Positions 1-9,486 of a stretch of DNA of 64,000 nt are shown here, one piece after another (the first letter of the stretch is position 1; every line of letters begins with the position of its first letter). The DNA is from a virus, in the IMG/VR virus record IMGVR_UViG_3300008952_003220, positions 70,714 through 134,713 of that record, one strand, 5' to 3'. The notes beneath the pieces are model-generated. The model was not told the origin of the DNA and did no database searches. It saw only the letters and a list, made by a program, of their open reading frames with translations. Position numbers and translations under genes: made by a program.

Positions 1-27
1 ATAGGCCTAGGGTTTATAATTAATTCT

Positions 28-786
28 ATGGAACACTCTAAAAGCGACATTCAGAAGCAGCTAAGTTATCTTCTTCCTAAAGACAGCCTTGATCCGCTTG
101 TCTGGTCAGAAGATGACAGTCTTCTTCCAGATGTTCGAGAATCTCTATTAAAAATAGCAGATGAGTTTATGGAATTTTTAGAGATCGATGTTCCATCTGA
201 AGGGTTTATTCTTATTGGAAGCTTAGCAAATTATAACTACACTTCATTTAGTGATATAGACTTGCATGTGCTAATAGACTTCGAGGCTGTTGATGAAAAT
301 CAAGATCTTGTCAGAGAATACATGATGGCCAAGAAGTCTCTCTGGAATAATAGACACGATATAATGGTCAAGGGTCATGAAGTTGAACTATATCCTCAGA
401 GTATTAGCTTAGAATATCATTCTACAGGTGCCTATGATATTCTCAAAGATGAGTGGATTAGTAAGCCGACTAAGATAGAAGCTGATGTAGATGTTCTTGC
501 TGTAAAGAAAAAAGTAAAATCTTTAATGAATAAGATTGAGAAAGCTCTTGAATCTGATGATAGACTCGAAGATCTGGCAGTGCTTAAGTCAAAGATAAAT
601 AAGATGAGACAGTCTGGCCTTGAGAGATCTGGAGAGTTCTCTGTAGAAAATCTTGCATTTAAGATCTTAAGAAGAAACGGCTATATTGATAAGATATATA
701 AAACTAGTCGAAGAGATTATGATAAATCTCTAAGTCTTCAGCAAGAGTCATTAATTAGAAATTATATTAAATTTCTTATTTTTTAA
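28..786 (+). CDS. Nucleotidyltransferase (Pol-beta superfamily), large-phage type
   Basis: GSLANYNY...SDIDLH motif (GS...DxD). Confidence 0.75.
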   Translation: MEHSKSDIQKQLSYLLPKDSLDPLVWSEDDSLLPDVRESLLKIADEFMEFLEIDVPSEGFILIGSLANYNYTSFSDIDLHVLIDFEAVDENQDLVREYMMAKKSLWNNRHDIMVKGHEVELYPQSISLEYHSTGAYDILKDEWISKPTKIEADVDVLAVKKKVKSLMNKIEKALESDDRLEDLAVLKSKINKMRQSGLERSGEFSVENLAFKILRRNGYIDKIYKTSRRDYDKSLSLQQESLIRNYIKFLIF

Positions 787-853
787 TATAGATTTTATAA
801 AAAATCATATTTTTTTATATAATCTTTTGAATCCAAAATATAGCTTAATTTAA

Positions 854-1348
854 ATGAGCGAGGAAAGAATGTCAAAAAATCTATTAACACAAGAAGGCTA
901 CAATAGCCTATTCGAGAAGCTTAGAGTTCTTAAGTCCGTAGATAGAAAGAACGTTTCTAAGGAGATTGAGGTCGCCAGGGAGCATGGTGATATAAGCGAA
1001 AATGCCGAATACTCCTATGCAAAAGAAAAGCAAGCCCTTATTGAATCTAAGATCGCTAAAATAGAATCACACCTAGCAAACTCTGAAATTATAACAAAAA
1101 ATATGATAAATACAGACGGTAGCATTGTTTTTGGCTGCTGGGCTCATTTGCTAAATCAAGACACTGATGAAAAGAGAGTTTATAGAATAGTTGGTGAAAC
1201 TGAATCTGATATCAAAGGCGGAAAGATAAGCTATAAGACACCTTTTGCTAGAGAGATAATTGGCAGAAAAGCAGGTGATGAAGTTGAGTTTGTCACACCA
1301 AAGGGTGAGGAGCAATATTGGGAAGTTGTCAATGTCACTTATGAATAA
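854..1348 (+). CDS. greA: Transcription elongation factor GreA
   Basis: AREHGDISENAEYSYAKE, IVGETESD..GKISYKTPFAR motifs. Confidence 0.93.
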   Translation: MSEERMSKNLLTQEGYNSLFEKLRVLKSVDRKNVSKEIEVAREHGDISENAEYSYAKEKQALIESKIAKIESHLANSEIITKNMINTDGSIVFGCWAHLLNQDTDEKRVYRIVGETESDIKGGKISYKTPFAREIIGRKAGDEVEFVTPKGEEQYWEVVNVTYE

Positions 1349-1360
1349 AGGAATAATAAG

Positions 1361-1546
1361 ATGAAAAAAGAAGAAATCAACCAGGTAATTAACTTAAGAG
1401 AATATGTCATTAAAAGCTATAACAGCCTTGATGGCGGAACCGCACCAGGAACTTCTATCATAAAGCAGGCTAAGGTTGCTATCACATATGAGACTTTAAT
1501 TAAAATGATTGATGACATTTTGAAAGAGCACGTTAGCTTTTCATAA
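1361..1546 (+). CDS. Hypothetical protein
   Basis: 61-aa ORF with AAGGA RBS. Confidence 0.6.
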   Translation: MKKEEINQVINLREYVIKSYNSLDGGTAPGTSIIKQAKVAITYETLIKMIDDILKEHVSFS

Positions 1547-1650
1547 ATTGAAATAAAAAAATCTTAAAAATTTCAACTCAAACCCTCCAAAGGTGCATAT
1601 GTATTTTTGTGGGGGTTTACGATTAAGGGCCCCCAGGGGGCTTTTAAATT

Positions 1651-2646
1651 GTGATAAGATTACTTCTTCTCTTTCTGCTTTGCTCATGTGTTAATACCGA
1701 TTATATGGTGGTCGGAGGTGGAACTGGAGAAACAGAGGTTATCACTATCTATGAAGAGGTTGAGGTTCCCATATACATTTATGAGGAAGTCCCAACAGAT
1801 CCAGGCGAAATCTGGATAGATTCTTTTATACAGCCCATGTCTGTTGACGGCGTTGATATCCTTTGGGTCATTGATACCTCTGGGTCAATGAATAGATACG
1901 ATGCAGAGCTGATGTCTGGAATTGAAGCTATGATGCTTGCTCTTCCCGATTCAGGCTGGCGACTTGCGATGATGTCAAATGACCCAGGAGCAGCCTCAAT
2001 TGAATCACAGTTCCCTCTTGTTCCGGGAGATGATGTTGCAGATGCAGAGGCGATGTATCAAAACATGGGTCGAGGACATAGAGAAGAGGGATTTGATGCT
2101 TCTTACGAGTATATTGTAAATAATACCTATGCTCAAACCTGGCTGAGATATGACTCTGCCTTGCTGGTCGTGTTTGTATCAGATGAAGAAGAGCAAAGCG
2201 ATGATCACTTTCCGGTAGTTGGTGACTATATAGACTGGTATTCTCAACAGAGAAATGGATCTTCCTTTTTATCAAGTATCATCAATGTAGACCCATCAGT
2301 CTCTCTTTGCAATACAAATGCATACAACAATGGTGACAGATACGAGGAGGCTACAAGCTATTTCGGAGGTCAGATTGTTGATATATGCTCTGAAGACTGG
2401 AGCGCTGGTGTTATAGATGCAGCCTCTAGGCTGGAGCCGTATGAATATCTTGAACTAACGTATGAGCCCATTGAAGAATCGATTAGGGTTTTCATAGATG
2501 GTTCTCTAGATTACGACTGGTACTATTCCTCGACAGATAACACAGTCTACTTTACTATTATGCCTGGTGGGAATGAGCTAGTTGAAATTGGATACAGATA
2601 TTTTCCACCTTCAGAAAGCGGAGACACCGGTGATACGGGCATCTGA
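1651..2646 (+). CDS. vWA-domain putative lipoprotein
   Basis: Hydrophobic N-terminus with Cys; MIDAS DILWVIDTSGSM; VFVSDEEEQS. Confidence 0.75.
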   Translation: MIRLLLLFLLCSCVNTDYMVVGGGTGETEVITIYEEVEVPIYIYEEVPTDPGEIWIDSFIQPMSVDGVDILWVIDTSGSMNRYDAELMSGIEAMMLALPDSGWRLAMMSNDPGAASIESQFPLVPGDDVADAEAMYQNMGRGHREEGFDASYEYIVNNTYAQTWLRYDSALLVVFVSDEEEQSDDHFPVVGDYIDWYSQQRNGSSFLSSIINVDPSVSLCNTNAYNNGDRYEEATSYFGGQIVDICSEDWSAGVIDAASRLEPYEYLELTYEPIEESIRVFIDGSLDYDWYYSSTDNTVYFTIMPGGNELVEIGYRYFPPSESGDTGDTGI

Positions 2647-2795
2647 AATATTTTGGTCAGTAATTTTTACAACAAATCTTGTTGTTATGATTAATTGCAT
2701 TATTCAAGATAAAGAGATGGGAATATTCCTCTCCGGGTTTGGGTTACTGATGTCGCTTTATATGACGACTAGAGAAAAGCAAGAATAGCATAATA

Positions 2796-2824
2796 GTGTA
2801 AAGCCTATCACGCATCTATATAAT
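2796..2824 (+). promoter_or_regulatory. GTGTAA-N17-TATAAT promoter upstream of tRNA fragment
   Basis: Matches the recurrent promoter consensus in this window. Confidence 0.6.
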
Positions 2825-2834
2825 TAAAACACTT

Positions 2835-2868
2835 GGCCCATTGGTGTAGCTGGTAGACGCATGGGATT
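2835..2868 (+). pseudogene. Truncated 5' half of a tRNA (Leu-like)
   Basis: GGCCCATTGGTGTAGCTGGTAGACGCATGGGATT: acceptor 5' strand, Leu-type D arm, start of anticodon stem; no 3' half nearby. Confidence 0.6.
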
Positions 2869-2921
2869 ACTATAATAATGTGTTATACAAGTTTAGCTTT
2901 ACTAGTATAATTATTTTAAAT

Positions 2922-3008
2922 GCGGGCATGGTGTAATTGGTAGCCACAACGGGCTTAAAACCCGTTGATCGTATGATCGTCTCGGTTCGAATCCGGGTGC
3001 CCGTACCA
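2922..3008 (+). tRNA. tRNA-Leu(TAA)
   Basis: ACGGG-CTTAAAA-CCCGT anticodon arm, long variable arm, GGTTCGAATCC, encoded CCA. Confidence 0.95.
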
Positions 3009-3025
3009 TTTAATAAGGTTCAATT

Positions 3026-3496
3026 ATGGCTTACAGTAAATCAAAATGTAGTGACGAAGAGATCATTGAAGCCTGCCGTGCTGAACTCACGATGGCAAAA
3101 GCTGCAGTTAAATGTGATCTTCATTTTTCGACTTTTAAAAGAAGGGCTATTGGGCTTGGTGTCTATAGACCAAATCAGGGTGGTCAAAACACAAAAAAAG
3201 GGCCCTATAGCACACGAATTCCAACTGAAGAAATATTAAAAGGAAAACACCCATCATATCAAACTTATAAATTAAGATGTCGAATGATAGAAGAAAATAT
3301 ATTAGAGTATCTGTGTAACGAATGTGGCATTGATGAATATAACAGAAAGCCAATTTCACTTGAGCTAGATCACATTAATGGTATAAGACATGATCATAGA
3401 TTAGAAAATTTACGATTATTATGTCCTAATTGTCATTCACAGACACCAACATATCGTTTTAAGATAGGTACTGCAAGGAATATAGATGATAATTAA
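3026..3496 (+). CDS. HNH homing-type endonuclease
   Basis: CNECG...LELDHING..HDHRLENLRLLCPNCHSQT; N-terminal HTH-like segment. Confidence 0.9.
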   Translation: MAYSKSKCSDEEIIEACRAELTMAKAAVKCDLHFSTFKRRAIGLGVYRPNQGGQNTKKGPYSTRIPTEEILKGKHPSYQTYKLRCRMIEENILEYLCNECGIDEYNRKPISLELDHINGIRHDHRLENLRLLCPNCHSQTPTYRFKIGTARNIDDN

Positions 3497-3570
3497 TAAT
3501 AATTTTTATGTCATAGCGAGAAAAAGAAAACATCTCTCAAACTTGTCGATTATTCTAAATATTTATTCAC

Positions 3571-4071
3571 ATGCACCATCTTAGCTCTCTAGTCTCAGAT
3601 TCTCATGAAATCTGGCACACGGGCTCGGGAAATCAGATACGGTTTGAACAGATAATGACTCACATAACATCTCATGCGCTGCTTGGTGGAAGAGTATTTA
3701 TTGGAACAGATAGCATGTTAAGATCTGATTCTTGTGTGTTTGCTACAGCTATCTGTCTTCACGGAAGCACGGGACAGTCTGGCGGAAGATATTTTTTTAA
3801 AAGAGAGACACAAAAAGATAGAGACTATACTAATCTCAATTCTAGAATGCTAAAAGAAGTTCAAGAATCTATTGAGATGGCAGGAAAAATCGTCGATTGC
3901 TCACCAAGCGCAGACATTGAGATACACATTGATGTTGGAATTAGTGAAAGGTCTAAGACAAGAAATCTTGTTGAGTCTCTAAGGGGCTGGGCTGCAGCAG
4001 CAGGTTTTTCATGTAGAGTAAAGCCTTATGCCTGGGCATCTGCATCTGTTGCAGATAGACATACTAAGTGA
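3571..4071 (+). CDS. RNase H-like YkuK-family protein
   Basis: VFIGTDS...RMLKEVQESI...IEIHIDVG...VKPYAWASASVADRH. Confidence 0.8.
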   Translation: MHHLSSLVSDSHEIWHTGSGNQIRFEQIMTHITSHALLGGRVFIGTDSMLRSDSCVFATAICLHGSTGQSGGRYFFKRETQKDRDYTNLNSRMLKEVQESIEMAGKIVDCSPSADIEIHIDVGISERSKTRNLVESLRGWAAAAGFSCRVKPYAWASASVADRHTK

Positions 4072-4110
4072 GATATATATAAAGTAGCTGCTTCGTTAAA
4101 AGGAGAAAGA

Positions 4111-4530
4111 ATGAGAAGGTCAGAGATAAAAAAGTTTATTAGAGAAATGTGCGGAGAGTCTGATCATTATACAGGAGAAGATTTGCATACACATATTAGA
4201 GATTCTCTTTCTAGCGGCGCTGCTCCTTTCGTTGATGTAAGTTGCTCAGATAGAAACGGATATGCTGTCGTCTGCGATGTTTTAGATGACCTTAGCAGGA
4301 GAGATTCTCGGTATAGTGTTGATATGGGATTTGAAGGATTTTTTGAAAATGAACTAGGAGAAGATGTTTTTTTTCTTTTTTCAATAGACGAAGTAGATCC
4401 ATCATCTCTTGAGATTCATGACGTAGATGATGAAAGATACGAAGAGCAAATAGATGACTGCAGCTTAAATGAAAAGTTAAGTTTGAGAAGCATAACAAGA
4501 GACTTCCTTTTAGAAAAAATTGTTGACTAG
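4111..4530 (+). CDS. Hypothetical protein with leader-like helices at both ends
   Basis: MRRSEIKKFIREM; C-terminal LRSITRDFLLE. Confidence 0.6.
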   Translation: MRRSEIKKFIREMCGESDHYTGEDLHTHIRDSLSSGAAPFVDVSCSDRNGYAVVCDVLDDLSRRDSRYSVDMGFEGFFENELGEDVFFLFSIDEVDPSSLEIHDVDDERYEEQIDDCSLNEKLSLRSITRDFLLEKIVD

Positions 4531-4593
4531 TGTGAAATCACTCAATGTTATTGAGTAAATATTAAATTGATATAGATTCGTAGAGAGGTTTTT

Positions 4594-4923
4594 ATGATTA
4601 GCACAGATGACTTTCTTAAGACAGTTATAGACAGAGCAGTCAAGAAGGTAATTTGCATGTCACTAGAGATTCCTGAAGATGATTTCAATCCAGGAAAAGC
4701 AGAATACTATGCTGTTTGGAAAAGAAAGATAGTAGGTGACAAATCGCTTTCTAGATTAAAGATACGGCGGGACAGGTACCAAGATTTTTATGATGTGCCT
4801 ATGAATCTAATTGAAGACGAGGGTCTTCTTTGGGACGACGTCATAGAATATCTTATTGAACATAGATCTAAAAAGATCTCACCTAAAGATTTTATGCTAG
4901 AGAATAGATTGATCTATTCATAA
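4594..4923 (+). CDS. Hypothetical protein
   Basis: 109-aa ORF, GAGG RBS. Confidence 0.6.
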   Translation: MISTDDFLKTVIDRAVKKVICMSLEIPEDDFNPGKAEYYAVWKRKIVGDKSLSRLKIRRDRYQDFYDVPMNLIEDEGLLWDDVIEYLIEHRSKKISPKDFMLENRLIYS

Positions 4924-4944
4924 TTTTAAATATATTATTGACTT

Positions 4945-5058
4945 TCCTGATAGAGCAGCTTGAGAATCCCGCTATAGTCTCGCTGCATAGTCTAAGAGCG
5001 CGGGACTCTTTGTACTGTATCAGGACCCGCAGGGAGGCACGGGGTCACAGGTGTCTCA
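4945..5058 (+). ncRNA. Putative structured RNA: long hairpin plus pseudoknot motif (copy 1)
   Basis: TCCTGATA/TATCAGGA and TCCCGC/GCGGGA stems, then GACCCGCAGGGAGGCACGGGGTCACAGGTGTCTCA; GC-rich intergenic island. Confidence 0.55.
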
Positions 5059-5074
5059 CACTTAAGGGTATGTT

Positions 5075-5407
5075 TTGAGTAAAAAAAGAAATATAAAGGA
5101 AGGGCAGATCTATCTTGTTAGAACAGCAGCAAGCGTCAATGTTCTAAAGAAGATTATTAAAATAGATGATTTGGAAAAAGGATGGTACACAGGGTGTCTT
5201 GTTTCTGAAGAAGATAAGCAGGCCCTTATCAAGCAGCAAGTCGCTTATTTAAAACATGAGAAGCCGAGTGAATGTATATCCTGGATATCCGAATCAGATA
5301 TAATAAAACGCGTGTATAATAAAAAAAATAGTGGTACAATAAAGGGTACAAAGCGAAAAACAAGAAGGCGTGTATATGATCCGAATTCTAGGAAAGATTC
5401 CAAATAG
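5075..5407 (+). CDS. Hypothetical basic protein
   Basis: 110-aa ORF. Confidence 0.55.
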   Translation: MSKKRNIKEGQIYLVRTAASVNVLKKIIKIDDLEKGWYTGCLVSEEDKQALIKQQVAYLKHEKPSECISWISESDIIKRVYNKKNSGTIKGTKRKTRRRVYDPNSRKDSK

Positions 5408-5996
5408 GATTACAGTCGCATGCAGCGGCGGTCCTGATTCAATGGCTATTGTTGATTTTTTGATTAAAGGTAGAAAGAATGTAACTGTCGCATACTTTAA
5501 TCACGGAACAGATCACGGCTCTGAGGCTGCTGGGTTTGTTTTTGATTTCTGCAAAAAAAGAGATATCCCAATCATTTCAGGAAGTATGACAGCCCCAAAG
5601 ACAAGTGATAAATCCTGGGAAGAGCACTGGCGAGATGAAAGATATAGATGGCTAAGCTGTATTGCAGGAGACGTCATAACAGGTCATCATCTCGATGATT
5701 CTGCTGAATGGTATCTGTTTACTTCTTTGCATGGAAACGCGAGATTGATTCCGTATAGAAGAGACAATGTAGTCAGGCCATTTTTGACAACTCCGAAGTT
5801 AGAGTTTATAAGCTGGTGCGATAGAAATAGTATTGAATATCTTAGGGATCCTTCTAATGAGAATGAGAAATTCATGAGATCTATTATTAGAAATAAAATA
5901 ATGCCCCAATGCCTAAGAGTGAATCCTGGATTGAGAAAGGTCATTAAGAAAAAAATTACTACTGAATATAAAGAAAAATGGGAGAATAAAAATTGA
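5370..5996 (+). CDS. tilS: tRNA(Ile)-lysidine synthase, catalytic domain only
   Basis: PP-loop VACSGGPDS, FNHG, RDERY, TGHHLDDSAE, VRPFL, DPSN..MRSIIR. Confidence 0.85.
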   Translation: MYMIRILGKIPNRITVACSGGPDSMAIVDFLIKGRKNVTVAYFNHGTDHGSEAAGFVFDFCKKRDIPIISGSMTAPKTSDKSWEEHWRDERYRWLSCIAGDVITGHHLDDSAEWYLFTSLHGNARLIPYRRDNVVRPFLTTPKLEFISWCDRNSIEYLRDPSNENEKFMRSIIRNKIMPQCLRVNPGLRKVIKKKITTEYKEKWENKN

Positions 5997-7024
5997 AAAT
6001 CAATAAGCTTATAGAGGGATTGTGCTTTGATGATGTTTTGCTGCTACCGCAGTATAGTGAGATCTTTTCTAGAAAAGAAACTGACACGTCAGTTCAAGTT
6101 AAGAATTTAGGTGATCTTGGGATCCCTGTTGTTTCGAGTCCAATGGATACAGTCACTGAGTCTTCAATGGCAACTGCAATGAGTCAGCTAGGCGGTCTAG
6201 GAATTATACACAGGTACAATACTATTAAGGACCAGTCGCTGATTGTTAAAAAGTCAATTGACAAAGGGGCAGATTTGGTTGGTGTGGCAGTTGGCGTTTC
6301 TGGTGACTATGTTGATCGGGCGCTGTCTGCTTGCAAGGCAGGAGCAAAGGTTATATGTGTTGACATTGCACATGGCCATCACGCTCTCATGCGATATGCT
6401 TTGAAAACCCTTCGGAACACGTTTGGCGATGATATTCATATCATGGCTGGAAATGTTGCTACTGCTGCTGCATTTAATGATCTTTCTGACTGGGGTGCTG
6501 ATAGCATTCGTGTTGGTGTTGGTGGTGGGTCTATCTGCTCTACCAGAATTCAGACAGGTCACGGTGTTCCTACGTTGCAGTCTATTATTGATTGCTCCTA
6601 TTCTGATAGGGACTCGCTGCTCATCGCTGATGGTGGTATTAAGAATTCTGGAGATATTGTTAAGTCGCTTGCTGCAGGCGCAGATCTTGTCATGCTCGGC
6701 TCTATGCTTGCTGGAACAACTGAAGCCCCTGGAGAGATTATCTATTTAGATGGGGGTAGGTGCAAGGCATATAGGGGAATGGCTAGTAAAGATGCTCAAA
6801 TTGACTGGAGAGGGCATACAGCTTCAATTGAGGGAGTTTCCTCAACTGTCCCACTAAAAGGGCCAGTTAAAGATATCATTGGTGAGATTATAACTGGTGT
6901 TAGAAGCGGAATGTCCTATAGCGGGGCTAAGACACTTAGAGAGCTGACATTTAAATCTAGGTTCATCAGACAGACTTCAGCGGGGTCTGTTGAGAGCTCC
7001 ACACATATTTTAAAAAATGGATGA
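5993..7024 (+). CDS. IMP dehydrogenase / GMP reductase family, no CBS domains
   Basis: [53 protein letters not shown]. Confidence 0.9.
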   Translation: MKINKLIEGLCFDDVLLLPQYSEIFSRKETDTSVQVKNLGDLGIPVVSSPMDTVTESSMATAMSQLGGLGIIHRYNTIKDQSLIVKKSIDKGADLVGVAVGVSGDYVDRALSACKAGAKVICVDIAHGHHALMRYALKTLRNTFGDDIHIMAGNVATAAAFNDLSDWGADSIRVGVGGGSICSTRIQTGHGVPTLQSIIDCSYSDRDSLLIADGGIKNSGDIVKSLAAGADLVMLGSMLAGTTEAPGEIIYLDGGRCKAYRGMASKDAQIDWRGHTASIEGVSSTVPLKGPVKDIIGEIITGVRSGMSYSGAKTLRELTFKSRFIRQTSAGSVESSTHILKNG

Positions 7025-7232
7025 TGAAAAAGATGTTTCCCCTGGAGATCTTGTTGAGATAACTTGGTCAAACTTTGGAAAGGGGCTTGCTCTTGTCTTA
7101 GATGTTTTCTCTGCTAAGAATGTTAGCTCCGGTGAGATAAATTTTATAGGAAGGGCAATTTGCAGCGGGTCTATCATTAATTTTATGCCTGGCTGTCACG
7201 TCCATTTATTAGCAACATCTAGTGTAAACTAA
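7017..7232 (+). CDS. Small KOW/SH3-like protein
   Basis: SPGDLVEI...GLALVLDV pattern. Confidence 0.5.
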   Translation: MDDEKDVSPGDLVEITWSNFGKGLALVLDVFSAKNVSSGEINFIGRAICSGSIINFMPGCHVHLLATSSVN

Positions 7233-7250
7233 GCTAATAAGAGATATACT
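7222..7250 (+). promoter_or_regulatory. GTGTAA-N17-TATACT promoter for tRNA
   Basis: Consensus match ending 9 nt before the tRNA. Confidence 0.6.
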
Positions 7251-7259
7251 AATGATCAT

Positions 7260-7336
7260 GGGGAGTTAGCTCAATCGGTCAGAGCAACGGTCTCATAAAC
7301 CGTAGGTTCTGGGTTCAAGCCCCAGGCTCCCTACCA
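7260..7336 (+). tRNA. tRNA with CAT anticodon (Ile2 or elongator Met)
   Basis: ACGGT-CTCATAA-ACCGT arm, GGTTCAAGCCC T arm, CCA; lacks the initiator GGG/CCC stem. Confidence 0.92.
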
Positions 7337-7350
7337 ATTATGTCATTAAG

Positions 7351-8148
7351 ATGAAAAAAAAAGAAAAGATAGACCCTAGCTGGAAAGAAGTGCATTATCC
7401 AATCTGCGATGTGCCCTTGGCAGCTGATGAGCAGAAGCTAGTCTTAGAAGAGATGAGATATCTTTATAGTCTTGTAGAGCACTTTAATAATGAAATAGCC
7501 TCTCAAAGATACCGAAGTATGTCGATGACTGAAATCATAGAAGATCTCAATCTAGATCACAATAGCATCGTTATTGATCTTGGGACTTTTGTTGGCCAGC
7601 AGATAGAAGACCTTGCAGAGGCTAATGTTGAAGTTCACGCATTTGAGCCCCATCCAATATTTTCAAAATCTCTTGAAGAGAGGTTCTCTTCATATAAAAA
7701 TGTCATCATAAATCCAATTGCAGCCGGTGCAGTTGATGGTGAGTTTGATCTCTTTTATCAGAGAGCTAGTGACGATTTTAATGGGGGAGCCTCACTTGTA
7801 ATTCACAAGATGGATACACACATAGACTTTTTTAAAAAGGTTGAGAGGGGTCCCGAAGTCAGTCACAAGGTCAGGTGTGTTGATATTTCAGACTATATTT
7901 CTTCTCTTGATAGGCAGATTGACATTTTAAAGATAGATGTTGAAGGTTTTGAATACATTATACTTTCTCGACTAATCGAGACGGGAATGATTGATAAGGT
8001 AGACCGTATCTTTTTTGCCGATCACCGCGATGATTTTTTCGCAATAGAGTGGTTTAGAATTGCAATTAAGACTATTAGAGAGGCATCAAATACACCTAAA
8101 AATATTGAGAAAATATTTTCTAGGCATACAGCTCATATTGAAAAATAG
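7351..8148 (+). CDS. FkbM-family methyltransferase
   Basis: VIDLGTFVG, VHAFEPHP, IDILKIDVEGFE. Confidence 0.85.
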   Translation: MKKKEKIDPSWKEVHYPICDVPLAADEQKLVLEEMRYLYSLVEHFNNEIASQRYRSMSMTEIIEDLNLDHNSIVIDLGTFVGQQIEDLAEANVEVHAFEPHPIFSKSLEERFSSYKNVIINPIAAGAVDGEFDLFYQRASDDFNGGASLVIHKMDTHIDFFKKVERGPEVSHKVRCVDISDYISSLDRQIDILKIDVEGFEYIILSRLIETGMIDKVDRIFFADHRDDFFAIEWFRIAIKTIREASNTPKNIEKIFSRHTAHIEK

Positions 8149-8208
8149 CATTTTCTTTTTTATCATTTGGCTGTATAATATAATAATCGTTATGGAGAAA
8201 TTTAATTA

Positions 8209-8892
8209 ATGATCAACTTACATGGAAAAGATGGGGTTATGAACTTTCTCATCCGTCGTTACGGATATGAGTCATATCTAGAAATTGGTGGGCAACCTGC
8301 TTCTGAGAGAGCAACATACCATAAGGTTAAATGCAGAACAAAGGACTCTATTGATCCAGACCCAAATGCTGCAGCAACTGATCTTCCCAGTGGGATGACA
8401 CACCATTTTATGATGTCTGATGAGTTCTTTGAAAAAAATGCTGGTAAGAAAAAGTTTGATCTTGTTTTTATTGATGGGTACCATGAGCATCAACAAGTTC
8501 TTAGAGATATCACTAATTCTTTAGAATGCTTGACAGAGAATGGAACAATTGTTCTCCACGACATGCTTCCTCCGACGAGAGATCTCGAGGCAATAAATAG
8601 AACTGGGACAGGCTGGCGCGCATTTGCAGACCTAAGAGCATCTCGAGAAGATCTCACCATGTTCACATGTCCGCCGCCGTGGGGAACAGAGGACGGACTA
8701 GGTGTTATTAGAAGAGGAAAGCAGGATATTTTTACCAAGGATGTTGAATATGACTATGATTTTTTTCTAGAGAATAGAAATCAATTAATGAATATTATTA
8801 CGCCTACAGAATTTTTAGCGAATGTAGGTGTTATCGTTATTCAGTGTCCAGAGTGCAGCTCAAATATCATCCTTCAGTCAAATGAACAATAA
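8209..8892 (+). CDS. Class I SAM-dependent methyltransferase
   Basis: SYLEIG, FDLVFIDGYH, GTIVLHD. Confidence 0.8.
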   Translation: MINLHGKDGVMNFLIRRYGYESYLEIGGQPASERATYHKVKCRTKDSIDPDPNAAATDLPSGMTHHFMMSDEFFEKNAGKKKFDLVFIDGYHEHQQVLRDITNSLECLTENGTIVLHDMLPPTRDLEAINRTGTGWRAFADLRASREDLTMFTCPPPWGTEDGLGVIRRGKQDIFTKDVEYDYDFFLENRNQLMNIITPTEFLANVGVIVIQCPECSSNIILQSNEQ

Positions 8893-8983
8893 GAATCGTA
8901 ATATTTTAGATTAAGATTAAACAAATTTTAAAATAATGATAATTTACCAAGATGCTCTATAAAGAGCTAAGGAGAGAAAAAAC

Positions 8984-9358
8984 ATGCTACAAAAAGCTAA
9001 AGATCTTTGGGCAAGCTGGAAGGTTCAGCTTAGTTTTGTTGGAGGCGCACTTGTTGTTTCCGCTGTTTGGGGAACGTGCACATACGAGCCCCCAGAAGCT
9101 GATCTAGAGGTTTCTGCAACGACCACTGATAATCAGGACGGTACTGCCAATACAACATCAACAGAAGCTGATGGTGAGACCACTACGACCACTACGACAT
9201 CTGACGGGACTGGGACCACAACCGGTAACAATACAACGACAGATGCCAATACCACCACAACTACTGGAGATAATACATCTGCTAATACCGGTGATACCAC
9301 TACCACTACCACTACTACTACAACTGGTAATGGGACAACTGAGAGCACAGATAATTAG
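8984..9358 (+). CDS. Membrane-anchored protein with Thr-rich low-complexity tail
   Basis: N-terminal hydrophobic segment; poly-Thr/Gly/Asp tail. Confidence 0.65.
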   Translation: MLQKAKDLWASWKVQLSFVGGALVVSAVWGTCTYEPPEADLEVSATTTDNQDGTANTTSTEADGETTTTTTTSDGTGTTTGNNTTTDANTTTTTGDNTSANTGDTTTTTTTTTTGNGTTESTDN

Positions 9359-9367
9359 ATAAAAAAT

Positions 9368-9399
9368 GATCTCACCTCTTTTTAAAAAGAGGTGAGATT
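9368..9399. terminator. Palindromic hairpin
   Basis: ATCTCACCTCTTTTT/AAAAAGAGGTGAGAT. Confidence 0.55.
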
Positions 9400-9410
9400 A
9401 AAAATCCCCC

Positions 9411-9445
9411 AAACCGCAGGGAGGCACGGGTTAACAGGTGCCTCA
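9411..9445 (+). ncRNA. Pseudoknot motif (copy 2)
   Basis: AAACCGCAGGGAGGCACGGGTTAACAGGTGCCTCA followed by a T run. Confidence 0.55.
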
Positions 9446-9486
9446 TTTTTTATTTATCTTTTTCTTCTTTCTGTAAATAATTATGA

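Noticed and set aside
2937-3239. Tracked 100-aa ORF
   Set aside because: It overlaps tRNA-Leu and the HNH gene, so it is a shadow ORF.
2835-3496. Group I intron splitting a tRNA
   Set aside because: No 3' tRNA exon or intron core is visible after the HNH gene, and an intact tRNA lies inside the interval.
5019-5040. SRP RNA helix 8 (CAGG...AGCA)
   Set aside because: No GNRA-capped stem in the right register, and the second copy lacks the upstream CAGG.
9411-9445. SAH or guanidine-III riboswitch
   Set aside because: Similar size and pseudoknot topology, but the conserved cores I recall do not match and the downstream genes are unrelated.
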